NCBI GenBank assembly: GCA_964391885.1
Contig: CAYMNU010000075.1
Location: 338 to 64,337, forward strand
Direction: 5' to 3'
Source: an uncultured archaeon
GTDB taxonomy: Archaea; Altiarchaeota; Altiarchaeia; JAFGQM01
DNA length: 64,000 nt
Shown here: piece after piece, positions 29,803 through 39,734 of the stretch
Layout: each line of letters begins with the position of its first letter
Position numbering within the stretch: the first letter of the stretch is position 1
The notes under the pieces: generated by a model
What the model saw: only the letters and a program-made list of their open reading frames with translations
Databases searched by the model: none
What the model was told of the DNA's origin: nothing
Program-made: the position numbers and the translations under genes

Positions 29803-30311
29803 TATGCAATAAGCGACATCACATCATACTTCTGCAGCTTCTGCCGCCCATTTAAAAAACCCAGCTCTATGAGGAAGAGCAGGCCATCGACATGCGCGCC
29901 CAGGCCTTCCACAAGCTTGGCTGTCGTTTCCACAGTGCCGCCGGTCGCAAGCAGGTCATCCACTATCAAAACGCTGCTGCCGAACGGAAAGGCATCTTCG
30001 TGTATGCAGAGCTTGTCCTCGCCGTATTCCTTCATGCATGTGCCTTCTTTGGTCCTGTAAGGCAGCTTGCCCGGCTTTCTGACTGGTATGAAACCCGCCC
30101 CCAACTTGAGTGCTAAGGGCGCCCCGAATATGAAGCCCCTTGCTTCCATCGAAACTACATAATCAATCTTCTTGTCTTTGACCCTGTGGTACATCTCGAT
30201 TATAGCCTGGTTGAAGGCACTCGAGTTCTGTAGTAAGGGTGTAATGTCCTTGAACATTATACCCTCTTTTGGGAAATTTGGCACGTCCCTGATGAATTTT
30301 TTGAGTTCCAT
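29799..30311 (-). CDS. apt: Adenine phosphoribosyltransferase
   Basis: FPKEGIMFKDITPLL, EARGF, RKPGKLP, VDDLLATGGT; start ATG 30311. Confidence 0.95.
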   Translation of the reverse strand: MELKKFIRDVPNFPKEGIMFKDITPLLQNSSAFNQAIIEMYHRVKDKKIDYVVSMEARGFIFGAPLALKLGAGFIPVRKPGKLPYRTKEGTCMKEYGEDKLCIHEDAFPFGSSVLIVDDLLATGGTVETTAKLVEGLGAHVDGLLFLIELGFLNGRQKLQKYDVMSLIAY

Positions 30312-30366
30312 TGTAATTCCTTTGTTTTTTGATATTAACCCGATAATTAAGTCCCACAAAATAAAA

Positions 30367-31116
30367 ATGATTTACCTCATCGGTCTCGGGCTCCACGACG
30401 AAAAAGACATATCTCTCAAGGGCGTTGAAGCCACGCGCAGCTGTGATAAGGTTTACGCAGAGCTTTACACCTCCCCCTGGCAGGGCTCGTTGGATAAGTT
30501 AGGTACCACGCTAGGCAAGAAGATAACTATGTTGTACCGCCCTGATCTAGAAGAAGGCTCGAAGAAGATTTTGGACGAGGCGGAAAAAAGCGATGTTGCC
30601 TTGCTGGTCAGCGGGGATCCGCTCGTCGCAACGACCCATTCCTCACTAATAATAGATGCACGCAAGAGGGGCATCGATGTGAAAATAATTCATGCTTCAT
30701 CAGTATTCTCAGCAGTCGCAGAATCCGGCCTGCAGATTTATAAATTCGGAAAGACAGCGACCGTGGCATACCCTGAAAAGAACTTCTTCCCCAAGACACC
30801 GTATGACGCTCTTGCCAAGAACCTCGAAGAAGGCTTGCACACCCTCCTTCTTCTGGACGTGAAAGCCGATGAAAGTCGATATATGAGCGTCGCAGAGGCG
30901 GTTAGCATAATGCTCCAGCTGGAAGAAAAGGAAGGCAAAGGCATATTCACAAACAATACGAAAATCGTGGGCATAGCGCGCCTCGGCGGCGACACTAAGA
31001 TAAAATATGCTCTTGCAAAAGATTTTGGGAAAATCGATCTGGGCGGCCCGCCTCACGTGATGATTGTACCGGGTAAATTGCACTTTTCCGAAGAGGAATT
31101 TCTCAGCACCGTATGA
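30367..31116 (+). CDS. dph5: Diphthine synthase
   Basis: IGLGL, E.YTS, GDPLVATTH, GLQIYKFGKT, GLHTLLLLD, PG.LH..E.E; start ATG 30367. Confidence 0.95.
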   Translation: MIYLIGLGLHDEKDISLKGVEATRSCDKVYAELYTSPWQGSLDKLGTTLGKKITMLYRPDLEEGSKKILDEAEKSDVALLVSGDPLVATTHSSLIIDARKRGIDVKIIHASSVFSAVAESGLQIYKFGKTATVAYPEKNFFPKTPYDALAKNLEEGLHTLLLLDVKADESRYMSVAEAVSIMLQLEEKEGKGIFTNNTKIVGIARLGGDTKIKYALAKDFGKIDLGGPPHVMIVPGKLHFSEEEFLSTV

Positions 31117-31185
31117 GGAAAAGGGCTTGGAACCTAAGTCTCCTCTCTGGAAAGCATTTCTCCGAGGAAGACTATTTAGAAAGCA

Positions 31186-31497
31186 TCACATCCACTTGAG
31201 AAAGCCCTTCTTTTCTAGCCACTCTATCTGTGGCTTGGAATATGTCATGATGAGGTCTCCGCGCTCATTCTCCTGGACGCTCCAGGGCTCTACAAGAACT
31301 ATGTCCCCCTCACGAGTCCACATCCTTCGCCTCACTCGTCCGGGTATCCTGCATATTCGTATATGGCTGTCACTGCAGCGCACTTTGCTCCTGCGGTTGC
31401 CCAGCCTTTCCTCTATTACTCCCAAAAGCTGTCCTTGCCCGGGAGTCTTGACTCTTATAGGCCCGTCCGTCGGGGCCTGTCCTCTTTTTTGTTGCAT
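31186..31497 (-). CDS. eif1a: Translation initiation factor aIF-1A
   Basis: LG.....V.CSD...RICRIPG...RRMW..EGD.VLV.PW. Confidence 0.95.
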   Translation of the reverse strand: MQQKRGQAPTDGPIRVKTPGQGQLLGVIEERLGNRRSKVRCSDSHIRICRIPGRVRRRMWTREGDIVLVEPWSVQENERGDLIMTYSKPQIEWLEKKGFLKWM

Positions 31498-31573
31498 TAT
31501 TTCTATTTCCTCTTCTTCAAAGCCGTTAATCTTCGCGACGCCTAAATTGACCTTACAAGCTTAAAAGCTGCGG

Positions 31574-32236
31574 CTAGAGCCTTACCAGATAGTAGAAGCG
31601 ATTTTGAGCCTTTCCGGCCTGCCGGTCGAAGCCTGCTTGCTTAAAGCTTTTCTTGACCTCGACTGCATCCCCAAAGCCCCTTACAACCTTTTCCGCGGCC
31701 TTCTTACTGCCCACATAAATATCATAGCCTCCCTGGACTCTTTTTACCTCGCCTACGAAAGACAGCCTGTCTTTGTATCCTTCGATTTCCTTGGTTATCT
31801 TCTCTATGGTGCTCTTTCCAACTCCCCCGCGCATCTGCAGGACGGCCTCAAAGTATCCTCCCGCCATCCTGCTGCAGTCCGGGCAGGCATTGTTCCTTAT
31901 CACCACAAACGCAGTTTTTCTGACTTCTGAATCGCCTATAACCACACTCACGGTCGCCTCATATGCCCCCCGAGCTTCCTTAACCTCAAACTTCAGGACG
32001 CCTGCCTTATCTAATTTATTGATGTTACTCTTAAGGGATTTTTTCACAAAGGCAAGAATAGCATCTTCCGTACTTATATCGCGCAGCCATTTACCCGAGA
32101 GAAGGAAGGCATTGCAGTCCCGGCAGTGGGAGAGCTCCAGCTTCTCGGGAAGCTCGATTGTGAGGTTCTTCTTGAGGTAACACTCACCGCAGAACATGCC
32201 TACTTCGCTTTTCCTTCCGCACAAGGGGCAGACCAT
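31574..32236 (-). CDS. NMD3 family ribosome biogenesis protein
   Basis: CPLCG...C.EC, C..C, CPDCSR..GGYFEAVLQ.R. Confidence 0.9.
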   Translation of the reverse strand: MVCPLCGRKSEVGMFCGECYLKKNLTIELPEKLELSHCRDCNAFLLSGKWLRDISTEDAILAFVKKSLKSNINKLDKAGVLKFEVKEARGAYEATVSVVIGDSEVRKTAFVVIRNNACPDCSRMAGGYFEAVLQMRGGVGKSTIEKITKEIEGYKDRLSFVGEVKRVQGGYDIYVGSKKAAEKVVRGFGDAVEVKKSFKQAGFDRQAGKAQNRFYYLVRL

Positions 32237-32274
32237 GGGATAGTTACTAACTCTGTTAAGAAAAGAGGAGGATT

Positions 32275-33000
32275 GCTGTCTTCAGTTTTGAGTCGTGGGT
32301 ATTGTATGTAGTGCAAACAGATGTGAAGAAACAATTAATCGCATATTTCAAGGCTATATCCTACCTTCCTTATAGAGGGATTTGATGTAACCCAAACCGG
32401 CATTTGCTTTCCCCCCCCTCACCTCTTGCAGCACCCACCCGTAATTTTTCCCCTGGTATGCTACATGGTGGCGCACCAAAAGCGCAGCTTTTTCACCCGC
32501 ACCCAGCTCACCATACTTCTTTCGAATTGCAGGGCGATTCTCCCGAGGCTCGGTAAGGTGATTGTTCATACGGCTCAAAAGTTCTTCTCGCTGAGCACGC
32601 GTCAGCTCGCCAGACTGCAGCGGATTCCCTCCCTGTGCAGCTTCCTTGGTACTTCGCCTTCCCCCCTCATATCTCCGAGCCTCTTCAGGCGTGGCTGGCC
32701 GGAATTCAGGCATGAAGAAGTCGGGCATTGGCCTTTTAACGGCTGGTCGCGGAGCATCAGTAGCCGGTTTTTGAGTATGGGTTTGCACAGGCATCCCATC
32801 TTTCTTCTTAGGCCCTTTTAGATACTTATCGCTCTTCTTCCAAGCCTTCGCCTGCTGGAACGCTGCTCTCTTCTCGGCCTTAGCTTTCTGCTTGCCTCTT
32901 CTGCCCATTCTGATTTATTATAAAAATCAAAGCACAAAAATCTTTCAAGACCCGCTCGGCAATGCTTAGCCAAGACTGAAAACCGTGTACTGAAGACAGC
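32275..33000. repeat. Bipartite inverted repeats bracketing the 32354-32908 orphan gene
   Basis: GCTGTCTTCAGT (32275-86) vs ACTGAAGACAGC (32989-33000) perfect; GTTTTGAGTCGTGG (32285-98) vs CCAAGACTGAAAAC (32970-83) 12/14. Confidence 0.55.
32354..32908 (-). CDS. Highly basic hypothetical protein
   Basis: 184-aa ORF, Lys/Arg/Pro-rich N-terminus, AT-rich TATA-like upstream region. Confidence 0.7.
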   Translation of the reverse strand: MGRRGKQKAKAEKRAAFQQAKAWKKSDKYLKGPKKKDGMPVQTHTQKPATDAPRPAVKRPMPDFFMPEFRPATPEEARRYEGGRRSTKEAAQGGNPLQSGELTRAQREELLSRMNNHLTEPRENRPAIRKKYGELGAGEKAALLVRHHVAYQGKNYGWVLQEVRGGKANAGLGYIKSLYKEGRI

Positions 33001-33014
33001 CCAGCTACCCTTAG

Positions 33015-33575
33015 CTACTGCGCGTACCTGTCCCTCATCCCGAGCCAGATGCCTGCAAGCATCACGACAAAGACGCCCGCATAAGCAACGTTCATGCTTC
33101 CCGCCATCACCCCACCAAGCATCATCAGGAAGCCTGCGAAGAGTGCGAAGAAGCCGCTCATCTTGCTGTAATCATAAGTCCTTTGCGCTGAAAGTATCAC
33201 AAGCCCCGCCCCCAGAAGGAGCAAAAGCAGGCCGAACTCAAGGATGCCCATGTCGCCCACCGGCGTACTCAAGCCTGCCAGCGAGACAAAGAAGAGCCCT
33301 AGTATCATCACCAGCAGCCCTGTGAAAAAATAGCTTTGCCTGAGGAAGAGTTCCTTGAGAGTATGCTCTTCTGTGATGACTGCATAAAAAAATGCTATGC
33401 TCCCTATCCACACCATAACAATCCCGTATATCACGGGCTCGAAGGAATAGCTGGCAAGAAGATAGGCAAAAGAGAATATAGATGCCCCCACTGCAATGGC
33501 TATAATCGCAAGCGATAGTATGAGAACTTTTGACACTCCCCCGTCCATCGGGTTTACGCGTTTGCGGAAATCCAT
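33015..33575 (-). CDS. Multi-pass membrane protein
   Basis: About 6 hydrophobic helices; likely start ATG 33575. Confidence 0.7.
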   Translation of the reverse strand: MDFRKRVNPMDGGVSKVLILSLAIIAIAVGASIFSFAYLLASYSFEPVIYGIVMVWIGSIAFFYAVITEEHTLKELFLRQSYFFTGLLVMILGLFFVSLAGLSTPVGDMGILEFGLLLLLLGAGLVILSAQRTYDYSKMSGFFALFAGFLMMLGGVMAGSMNVAYAGVFVVMLAGIWLGMRDRYAQ

Positions 33576-33634
33576 AAGGTAATAAAAGGCAGATTGCTTA
33601 AAAATCAATAGGGCCAGAGGACAATCTTATTTTC

Positions 33635-33949
33635 TCAGAGCATGAACACCTGAAGATGAGGTACCCCACTTATATGTATTACCGAATCAGAGTGTTCTGG
33701 GAAATTGTCACAATAAGCCTTTACAGCCCTTTCGCCGGCAAGGTTGGCTGTGATGCAGCAACCTAGAAATTCAATGAGCTCATCAGCCGGGATTTCCTTC
33801 TCAAGATAAAACTCCTCCTCCAACTCCAACCTAAGTTCGCCTTCGCTGAATGACTTGCCAAGCAGCTCGATGTCACAGGCCCCTACAACCAGCCCCTGCG
33901 GCGTATTATGCGCCTTTACCGCAATCAGACGCTTTTCAGTGGCTTCCAT
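33635..33949 (-). CDS. DUF424 family protein
   Basis: ACD.ELLGK.F.EG.L.L....FY, ANL.GE.AV, I.GVPH.Q; next to aIF-2beta. Confidence 0.88.
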   Translation of the reverse strand: MEATEKRLIAVKAHNTPQGLVVGACDIELLGKSFSEGELRLELEEEFYLEKEIPADELIEFLGCCITANLAGERAVKAYCDNFPEHSDSVIHISGVPHLQVFML

Positions 33950-34338
33950 GCTCCGCATGCCTCGCATTTGAGTATCTTAACGCCTTCCATATTGCTGAAA
34001 ACAGTGTCTGGCTTTCCGCACTGTGGGCATATAACATATTCTGTCGCGTATTTCTTAACAGAATCGCCTATCTTCTTGCCGAAGAGCTTCTTGTTGAATG
34101 TGAGGCGCTCGCCCGTCAGAGTAGCATAAGCTCCCAGATCTTTTGTAAGGAACTTCTGAAGGTGGGGCTCATCTCTTCTTAATTCTTTTGCCACCTGGGA
34201 GAAATTCTTCAGCAGGGTCTTATTGCCCTCAAAGAAGACGTCAACTTGCGGCATCTCAAAGCGACTCTCGCTCTTCGTTTTTTCCGGGAGCTGCGAGTAT
34301 GCCCTGTCCAGCAGCGTGTCGTAATCCGAGAAATCCAT
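33925..34338 (-). CDS. eif2b: Translation initiation factor aIF-2 beta subunit
   Basis: Y..LLDRAY..LP, RF..P, EYVICPQCGKPDT, CEACGA. Confidence 0.95.
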   Translation of the reverse strand: MDFSDYDTLLDRAYSQLPEKTKSESRFEMPQVDVFFEGNKTLLKNFSQVAKELRRDEPHLQKFLTKDLGAYATLTGERLTFNKKLFGKKIGDSVKKYATEYVICPQCGKPDTVFSNMEGVKILKCEACGAWKPLKSV

Positions 34339-34408
34339 CGGGCTAATTTGATAATGGGGTGATAAAAACCATTAGTTGTCTATTTTATAGCAAAACCGTA
34401 AATATCTC

Positions 34409-35260
34409 ATGGAAAACCATGGCAGGAGGGCCACAATACTCGGTATTGTAGCAAACGCCTTTCTTTTCTCCATAAAGCTAACTGCCGGTCTTATGTCGGG
34501 CAGCCTTGCTCTCCTGTCAGATGCTGCAAACTCATTTTCAGATACGATTTACTCCGTTGCGATTTTCATAGCCGTTAGGATTTCAGGCAAGAAGGCTGAC
34601 CGTGGCCACCCTTTCGGGCATCACAGAGCTGAGCCGGTAGTGGGTCTCTTAATTGCCATACTTGCAGGAATCCTCGGTTTTGAGATTATAAAAACCGGAG
34701 TCATCGGCATTATAGACCCCAGCCCAATGGCATTCACACTTTTCGGCGCTATAGTCTTGATAACGACAATGATTATAAAAGCAGCTATGTGGGTTTACTT
34801 CAAGCGCATCGCACTCAGGATAAACAGCCCGGCGATACATGCCGCCTCGATAGACAGCAGGAATGACATACTCCTTTCCTTCACGGCTCTTCTCGGCATA
34901 TGCGGGCCCCTCATAGGCATGGCAAGCCTTGATTACTATGCCGGTATAGCTATAGGGTTATTCATTATCTGGTCCGGTTATGACATAGGCAAGAAAAACA
35001 TAGACTACCTCATGGGCGCCTCACCTGATGAAGAAATACTGACTAAGATAAGGAAAAGAGCCCTTTCCATCAAAGGCGTCAGAGGGACGAACGATATACG
35101 CGCCCATTATGTCGGTAATTACTTGCATGCGGAGGTGCATGTGGAAATAAATAAGTCCCTGCATGCAGACAAAGCGCATGATATATGCAAGGCAGTCCAG
35201 CACATAGTCGAAGCGATGCCTCAGGTCGACAAGGCATTTGTCCACCTGGACCCGCGCTAG
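34409..35260 (+). CDS. Cation diffusion facilitator (FieF-like)
   Basis: S.ALLSDA..S..D, HPFGH.RAE, DSRND, VHLDP. Confidence 0.93.
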   Translation: MENHGRRATILGIVANAFLFSIKLTAGLMSGSLALLSDAANSFSDTIYSVAIFIAVRISGKKADRGHPFGHHRAEPVVGLLIAILAGILGFEIIKTGVIGIIDPSPMAFTLFGAIVLITTMIIKAAMWVYFKRIALRINSPAIHAASIDSRNDILLSFTALLGICGPLIGMASLDYYAGIAIGLFIIWSGYDIGKKNIDYLMGASPDEEILTKIRKRALSIKGVRGTNDIRAHYVGNYLHAEVHVEINKSLHADKAHDICKAVQHIVEAMPQVDKAFVHLDPR

Positions 35261-36312
35261 CGCGTATAGATGTTCCTGCAGGGGAAGGCTATCTCGATTT
35301 TCTCTTTGTCAAACTCTTTTTTCAGGGCCTTGATGAACTCGTCAATAAGCTCGTATTGCCTTTCCCAGCGCTTTATCTTGAACAGGACATTGAATTTGAT
35401 ATTCGAGTCGCCAAACTCCCTGAACCTTATAAACGGCTCCTCGCCATCAACCCCACTACCTGTTTTCTTTAAAAGCCGTTTGGCTACTTTGAGAGTTACC
35501 TTCTCTACCTTGTCCAAATCACTCCCGTATGCTACACCAACCGGCACTTTTATGAGCATGGGCTGCTTTGGTTGGCTGTAATTCATTATTGTTGATTCAG
35601 CCAGTTTGGAATTGGGTATGACTATTGTATTGTTGGTAAGGGTCTTCATCCAAACGCTTCTCCAGGTCATTTTCTCGACATAGCCTCTTTTCTCTGAATC
35701 AAGCTCTATGAAGTCGCCAAGCCTGGCCGTTTTGTCGGATGCCATGTACATGCCTGCAAAATAGTTAGTCAATGTGGGTTGCAAGGCCAATGCGATGGCT
35801 AGGCCACCTATACCCAGGCTTGCAAGAAGCGGTGTAATCTCTATCCCAAACTCATTTAGGAGTATTAGTATGGCAATTGCATAGATGAAAAGGGAAATAA
35901 GATTTTTCAGGCTATATAAAGCTGTTTTTTCAATCCTGAAATACTGCCTATCCTGGCTGGAATACCACAAGATTAGGGCGCTTATCACCTTTCTGGAGAT
36001 ATAGACCCCCATCAAGACAATTACCAGTACGAAATAATCCTTTAGGTTGCCCCAGAATGGTTCAAATACTCTAAGGGATGTGAGGGCATAATACAAGCCT
36101 ATTGTAACTGCGATTAAATAGAGCGGCCCCTTCACCTCACTCGCCACATGGTCCCCAAAACCCGGCTTATCCTGTTTTTTTATCCTGGCTACATAGGTTT
36201 TGAAGATGAAAAATACGCTTTTTGCCCCCAGGAAAGCCATTGCCATTACCCATAGGGCATACGCTATGTCGCCATACGGCATCATTGATTCTGCAAACTG
36301 TTCAAACACCAT
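35257..36312 (-). CDS. mscS: Small-conductance mechanosensitive channel MscS
   Basis: LLASLGIGGLAIALALQ.TL.N, GD.I, IPNS.L, VGVAYGSD, IAFP. Confidence 0.93.
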   Translation of the reverse strand: MVFEQFAESMMPYGDIAYALWVMAMAFLGAKSVFFIFKTYVARIKKQDKPGFGDHVASEVKGPLYLIAVTIGLYYALTSLRVFEPFWGNLKDYFVLVIVLMGVYISRKVISALILWYSSQDRQYFRIEKTALYSLKNLISLFIYAIAILILLNEFGIEITPLLASLGIGGLAIALALQPTLTNYFAGMYMASDKTARLGDFIELDSEKRGYVEKMTWRSVWMKTLTNNTIVIPNSKLAESTIMNYSQPKQPMLIKVPVGVAYGSDLDKVEKVTLKVAKRLLKKTGSGVDGEEPFIRFREFGDSNIKFNVLFKIKRWERQYELIDEFIKALKKEFDKEKIEIAFPCRNIYTR

Positions 36313-36422
36313 GATAATTAAATGAATGTAACGATAAAAATCAGACAAACTCTCTCACCGAAAACTTTTTTTGCCTGCTCAAGCTTTTTAAACTCCAAAC
36401 ACAAATTAAGGCGCAAAACAAA

Positions 36423-36611
36423 ATGGCTGTAAAAATCGAGCAGACACTAGATGATTGTATCGGATGTGGAGCGTGCGTAGCAGTATGCGACAACTGGGAG
36501 ATGGGCTCTGACGGCAAGTCTCACCCAAAGCAGACGGAGTTAGACGAAGTGGGTTGCAACAAGGAAGCTGCCGACGTCTGTCCTGTGGGCTGCATCCACA
36601 TCAAGCAGTAA
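36423..36611 (+). CDS. Monocluster ferredoxin
   Basis: CIGCGACVAVC...AA..CPV..I. Confidence 0.92.
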   Translation: MAVKIEQTLDDCIGCGACVAVCDNWEMGSDGKSHPKQTELDEVGCNKEAADVCPVGCIHIKQ

Positions 36612-36687
36612 TCTAGGGGAAAACCTTTTACTTCCCTCTTTCTCATTTTTTTATACATATACCTAGAATTAACGCTAGGTGAATCAT

Positions 36688-39210
36688 ATGGCTTTGCGAT
36701 ATAGTCTCCCATGGGCGCTTGTCTGCGCGCTGGCTCTCCTGCAAACCGGAATGTCCTCTGTGCCATTCATTGACACTTGGGACATTTATGTGTCCCCTGA
36801 AGCACCTGACTCTACATTTTCAAACTATCAATTTTCCCAATCCGTCCTTCAGGGTATTTTCAACGGCCTTAGTTTTCGAATGGCATATGAACAAAGCCTT
36901 TCAGATTATTACTGCTCCGACGTATATCCCCCACATTGCTCTACTTCAGGCGATTCCGCCATACTCACAATTTATTCATGGTATCCTTATTGCCATGGTA
37001 CTCCTGGGGATTGCTGCTATCCTAATCGGCTGGATTGTGACTCCATTATCGCTTCTACCTCCTCCGGTATTTCTATGGAACACTTAGCTCTTTGCATATC
37101 CAACAATTGCAGCACCCCCATCCCATGTGGAGATCTCGATTGTAGGTATGATGTGATATGTACTGCTGTTCTTAATGGTCCCTCCGAACACCGCTGTGAT
37201 TCTGAAAAGGGCTTTTGCTATTGCGCGGGCGTCTGCGGCGATGGCTTTTGTGACTATTGGGAGGCTACCCGCCGGACATGCCCTGCAGACTGTGGCGAAA
37301 TTGCATTGGACAGCGACAGCGACGGCCTTAGCGACTGGGATGAGATAAACATATACGGCACAGACCCTCTTAATCCTGACACCGACGCCGACGGGCTTTC
37401 AGACTGGCAAGAAATAATCCGGGGCACAAATCCCCTGAATCCTGACACCGATGAAGGGGGCCAGTGCGACGGCCCGAACGCGGTTCCAGGCGTATGCAGG
37501 GCAGGACCGGATCCCTGCCCAATGGATTCGAGCAATCTTTGTTACCACGGCATCCCATCCGGTGCTAATCCCAAAGGCTATGATACGGACGGAGACGGCG
37601 TTGACAATTATATGGATCCCTGCCCCCTAAATCCAGAAAATAACTGCCCCAGGGGCAATGACCCTGAGCTGGATCCGGCAATAGTCTATTGGGGGCTCCC
37701 ACAGCAGTATCTTTCTGAAGCCTCGTGGGGCTCTCCATCAGGACTTAGCGATTGGGACGGTTATATTCTTGGAATCAACCCTTTTCCAAAGGACAGCAGC
37801 GGTAACGGCCTGCCTGACTACTGGGAGGCCCAATACGGGGTCAGCGACCCGGACGGCGACCCGGACGGCGACGGCCTTACAAACATACAGGAATATTATC
37901 TCGGCACAGACCCCCTTAATCCCGACACCCTGGGCAATGGCATACTAGACGGCGACGAAGGCTTGATTCCCGATGATGAAACCATAATACAGATTAGAAT
38001 ATTAGATATCCCTCCCAGCAGGGCATCCTCTAATGAGGGTATATATAAATTCAATTACGGGCAGACTATAGATCAAGTAGTCATTGAGGCGAAGTATGCT
38101 GATGGCAGGCCCTTGGTGAAACCCCTAGTATTTGGTGAGCTTGTAGTGAAGGGGGGGGATGAATCAGTATTCTTACCATTTACTAGTACGATATCCACAA
38201 ACTTCGTAAGTGACGTCGGCTATGACCTTCTTGAGAAGAATAAGGAAGCGCCCTTCTTAGTCCTCAATATAATGGCAATCGACCCCTTTGGAAATTCTGC
38301 CAGGTATTCCACCCGCTTGTTTATATTGAATTCTGATGAGGAGAAATTCCGGATCATGGTTTCCAAACCCCAGGGCACCTATGCATATGGCCAGAAAGCC
38401 ATGTTTGAGGTGATGACAGACGGCCTTCAAATGGATCGAATTCAGATGGAAGTCTTTGTCGAGGGCCCAGGTCAGCAATTCAGGCTTTTCAGACAGGGCG
38501 ATAATTTCGTCGGTGAATACTCCATAAACACTGACGACCCCGATCCAATACTTTTCTATTTTTTAGTCTATGCGACCGGAACTACTCGGGAGGAGTCATA
38601 CGATTCTGTCAGAAGGGTCGAAATACGCGTCAAGCCCTTATTGGAGATTGATTATCTGGAAGAAGAATCCGCAGGAAATAGATACGCATTCAGGGTAAAC
38701 TACCCTAACGGAGATCCGCTTTTTGAAAAATCCCTTCGCTGTATTTTCAATGGCAACGAGACTATGGCCTTTAGACAACAAGGTTCAGTTTACTATGCAG
38801 ATTTCCATTCCGTCGAAGGGGATATATTGGTTGAAATACTAGACCCTCATGGAAATATAGGGAAGACAAAAATATCTTATGAATCATTAAGAGTGGTATT
38901 GGACTTCGGTTCCACCTTTTCCTATGCATTGCTTTTGATTGCCTCAATTTTCTCATTATTCTTTACATATCGCTGGTTCATGGGGCGAAGAGACACCGAG
39001 CGCGAAATACTCATATCCCAAAAACAGCTCCTAAAGAGAAAAAGGGAATTAATGACCCTTATCAAGGATACTAAGGCACGCTACTATCAAAAGAAGATAT
39101 CCGGTGAATATGCCTCAAGAAAGCTAGCCGACTTGGAAGGGGAAGTGCGGTTGATAGATGAAGAATTGCACAATGCCGGCCAAAGGAGATTCAGCAAATG
39201 GAAGTTCTAG
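36688..39210 (+). CDS. Large secreted, C-terminally anchored surface protein with Cys-rich N-terminus and DxDxDG (TSP3-like) Ca-binding repeats; paralog A
   Basis: Signal peptide, CGDG.C, DSDSDGLSDWDE..GTDPLNPDTD repeats, TM, coiled-coil tail; AGGTGA before ATG 36688. Confidence 0.85.
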   Translation: MALRYSLPWALVCALALLQTGMSSVPFIDTWDIYVSPEAPDSTFSNYQFSQSVLQGIFNGLSFRMAYEQSLSDYYCSDVYPPHCSTSGDSAILTIYSWYPYCHGTPGDCCYPNRLDCDSIIASTSSGISMEHLALCISNNCSTPIPCGDLDCRYDVICTAVLNGPSEHRCDSEKGFCYCAGVCGDGFCDYWEATRRTCPADCGEIALDSDSDGLSDWDEINIYGTDPLNPDTDADGLSDWQEIIRGTNPLNPDTDEGGQCDGPNAVPGVCRAGPDPCPMDSSNLCYHGIPSGANPKGYDTDGDGVDNYMDPCPLNPENNCPRGNDPELDPAIVYWGLPQQYLSEASWGSPSGLSDWDGYILGINPFPKDSSGNGLPDYWEAQYGVSDPDGDPDGDGLTNIQEYYLGTDPLNPDTLGNGILDGDEGLIPDDETIIQIRILDIPPSRASSNEGIYKFNYGQTIDQVVIEAKYADGRPLVKPLVFGELVVKGGDESVFLPFTSTISTNFVSDVGYDLLEKNKEAPFLVLNIMAIDPFGNSARYSTRLFILNSDEEKFRIMVSKPQGTYAYGQKAMFEVMTDGLQMDRIQMEVFVEGPGQQFRLFRQGDNFVGEYSINTDDPDPILFYFLVYATGTTREESYDSVRRVEIRVKPLLEIDYLEEESAGNRYAFRVNYPNGDPLFEKSLRCIFNGNETMAFRQQGSVYYADFHSVEGDILVEILDPHGNIGKTKISYESLRVVLDFGSTFSYALLLIASIFSLFFTYRWFMGRRDTEREILISQKQLLKRKRELMTLIKDTKARYYQKKISGEYASRKLADLEGEVRLIDEELHNAGQRRFSKWKF
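37792..37958 (+). repeat. 167-bp direct repeat, copy 1 (copy 2 at 41184-41350)
   Basis: 166/167 identical; single A/G difference at 37889 vs 41281. Confidence 0.95.
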
Positions 39211-39725
39211 AGGCAATAAGAAACAGGCGCAGCGTAAGGGGCTTCAAGGACGAGCAGGTCCCGCGCAAAATGATACGCGAGATATTAGATGCAGGCAGGC
39301 TCGCGCCTTCCGGCAGCAACAGCCAGCCGCTTGAGGTTTTCATTATTAGCTCAAAAAAGGCAAAGGATGATTTGCAATCAAAAGGCGCATTTGTACAGGA
39401 ATTTGTCCACAAAGCCCCCACCCTACTCGCAATCTGCGGAGACCCCAAGGCCTATGAGACAGACGACCCTTCGCTCAGCGGGAAGGATAAAGAGCGATGT
39501 CTTAGGGATCTATCAATAGCTTCTGCATTCATGGTTTTAAGGGCCACAGACCTAGGTCTAGGCAGCATATGGGTTGCTCTTATCGATGCAGCAGTTATCA
39601 AAAAGGAAGTTGGCATTCCTGAGAGCTATATTCTACCTTACTGCTTATGCGTTGGATATCCCGACGAAGCCCCGCGCGAATTGGACAGGAAGACACCGGG
39701 CGAAACCCTTTTAGGCGAAATATAA
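39198..39725 (+). CDS. Nitroreductase family protein
   Basis: I..RRSVR.F, LAPSG.N.QP, A...GLGS.W, GYP. Confidence 0.92.
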   Translation: MEVLEAIRNRRSVRGFKDEQVPRKMIREILDAGRLAPSGSNSQPLEVFIISSKKAKDDLQSKGAFVQEFVHKAPTLLAICGDPKAYETDDPSLSGKDKERCLRDLSIASAFMVLRATDLGLGSIWVALIDAAVIKKEVGIPESYILPYCLCVGYPDEAPRELDRKTPGETLLGEI

Positions 39726-39734
39726 ACATTGGCT

